Positions 62,286-64,000 of a stretch of DNA of 64,000 nucleotides are shown piece after piece. The stretch spans positions 61,010,001-61,074,000 of the forward strand of contig NC_086108.1 of the NCBI RefSeq assembly GCF_963921235.1, read 5' to 3'. How positions within the stretch are numbered: position 1 is the first letter of the stretch; each line of letters begins with the position of its first letter. The notes beneath the pieces were generated by a model that was given only the letters and a program-made list of their open reading frames with translations, was not told the origin of the DNA and did no database searches. The stretch is from Mobula hypostoma (Eukaryota). The position numbers were made by a program, and so were the translations under genes.

Positions 62286-62396
62286 GTGTTTCTGCGCAAG
62301 ATGTTGGATATTGTTTTTCAAGATCACTGGGAATAGTGATGGACATTTTATCTGTTAAGTCTGAAACTTGTAAGAAGATAAAAAACTATAAAGCAT
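62286..62396 (+). CDS. C8A: C8 alpha exon 8 (MACPF, TMH2)
   Basis: AAAG acceptor in phase 1. GVSAQDVGYCFSRSLGIVMDILSVKSETCKKIKNYKA carries the TMH2 Cys pair. Donor GTAAGT at 62397; an alternative GTAAGC lies at 62401. Confidence 0.88.
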
Positions 62397-62741
62397 GTAA
62401 GTAAGCCTAGATTTAGTAGACATAATTGCTGTCTGCTTTTAATATATGTGGAGTTATGTTATTTAATACATAAATGTATTAAAATTACAAAGCAAAATAC
62501 ACAAATTGAGAATTTGTACTTAATTAGGGAGCATATTGTACTAAATTGCTGTAGAAACAAGAAATACTTGTTGAGTTGTCCCTGGTCACTGTTATCAATC
62601 TGGTTTTAAGATTTGAACTTTTGACTAAAGTAGTGGCGGTTTCAATAAGTTCTACTGCAGTTATCATGAAAAGCTCCTACTTTGCACTCTCTGGTTATGG
62701 TAGTTTTAGAGTCATGAAGTATAGAAGAGGAGACACCACAT

Positions 62742-63285
62742 GAATCAGAATCAGTTTTATTATCACTGACATATGTAATGAAATTTGTTGTTTTGTGTCA
62801 GCAGTACAGTGCAATAAATAAATAAACTATAAATTACAATAGGCGATATAATTAAATTAAAGAAGTAGTGCAAAAAGAGAGCAAAAATAGGTGAGGTAGT
62901 GTTCTCGGTTTGGTTCATTGTCCTTTCAGAAATTTGATAGCAGAGGGGAAGAAACTTTTCCTAAAGCATTGAGTGTGTGTCTTCAGGCTCCTTGATGGTA
63001 GCAATGAGAAGAGATGTCCTGGGTGATGGGCGCCTTTAATGATGTATGCACCTTTTTGAGCATTGTCTTTTGAAGATACCCTTGATACTGGGAATGCTAA
63101 TACCCATGATGGAGCTTGGCTGAGTTTGCAACCCTCTGCAGCTTTTCCAGTCCTGTGCAGTTCCCCCTCCATACCAGATGGCGATGCAATCAGTTACAAT
63201 GCTCTCCACAGTACAACTGTAGAAACTTCCTGGAGTATTTGGTGACATACCAATTCTCCTCAACCTCCAAAGGAAATATAGCCAG
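62742..63285 (-). mobile_element. Rex1/Babar-type 3' fragment
   Basis: FYSCTVESIVTDCIAIWYG, FRKSFFPSAIKFL; GAATCA repeats (GATTCT tail on minus). Confidence 0.8.
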
Positions 63286-63559
63286 TGTCAGGAAATACCG
63301 TCTAATTAGTAAATGTAGAATCACAGATAACACCAAATGCTTAGAGATATTATTTTAGGTTACGTAATGGTTCCTTCAAGTATATTTTGCCATAGAATTA
63401 ATTCGTGATGCAAGATCAACATTTCTGTAAGGTAGCTTCATGTCTACAGTAATAACTATGGAATCAGTAACACCAAAGTAAAGCCATGAGAAAGTACTTC
63501 CTGCAAGAGTTACCTCCTCTTGCCTACAGTAAAAGGTGATTGTAAAACTAATGGAGTTA

Positions 63560-64000
63560 CACAAATGTTAAAGCTATTGAGTCTGGAGTCAATAAGATTG
63601 AAAGAGTGCTGAAGAGATTTGCAAAGCTCTTGCCAGGACTTGAGGATCTGAATTGCTGGAAAACATTGTACGTATAGGTTAGGACTTTATTCCTAGAGCG
63701 AAGGAGTGTGAGGGAAGATTTCATAGAGGTTTATAAATTATGAGGGTTATCACTAGAGTAAATGCAAACAGGCTCTTTCCACTGAGGTTGGGTGAGACTA
63801 GAACTAGAGGTCATGGGTGCAGGATGAAAGGTGAAATGTTTAAAGGGACCTTTTTCACTCAGAGGGTGATGAGAGTGTGGAATGAGCAGCCAGTGGAAGT
63901 GTGGATATGGACTTGATTTCAACATTTAGGAGAAATTTGGATAGGTACGTGGATGGGAGGCATATGGACCAGGTGCAGGTTGATGGGACTAAGTGGATTA
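63560..64000 (+). mobile_element. CR1 3' fragment
   Basis: REDFIEVYKL..., FTQRVMRVWNE-like C-terminal CR1 remnant. Confidence 0.75.

Overview
Eukaryotic (vertebrate) genomic DNA. V-SINE/HE1-like SINEs with dense CR1, Rex1/Babar and Penelope-like elements point to a cartilaginous fish (inference). The one host gene I can support is complement component C8 alpha (C8A) on the + strand. Eight coding exons (5394-62396) join in frame and encode the signal peptide, an RNIR propeptide site, TSP1, LDLRA and most of the MACPF domain; the last exons lie beyond the window. Intron 3 needs a non-canonical GC donor. Both membrane-inserting hairpins (TMH1/TMH2) look 5-6 residues shorter than in human C8A as I recall it. 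The rest is layered transposon sequence: an ERV remnant (env TM, integrase), many CR1 LINEs, Rex1/Babar and HERO fragments, Gypsy LTRs, a 42-bp minisatellite grown from a SINE tail, a CACTG-ended DNA transposon with a catalytic-core-less ORF, and many Neptune-type Penelope-like elements (PLEs) with minimal hammerhead ribozymes. Three PLE insertions are TSD-flanked inverted duplications in which only one arm keeps the 3' tail. I found no clearly novel multi-gene system; the best leads are the PLE/hammerhead architecture, the odd DNA transposon and the C8A features. Family assignments come from motif recognition, not database searches.
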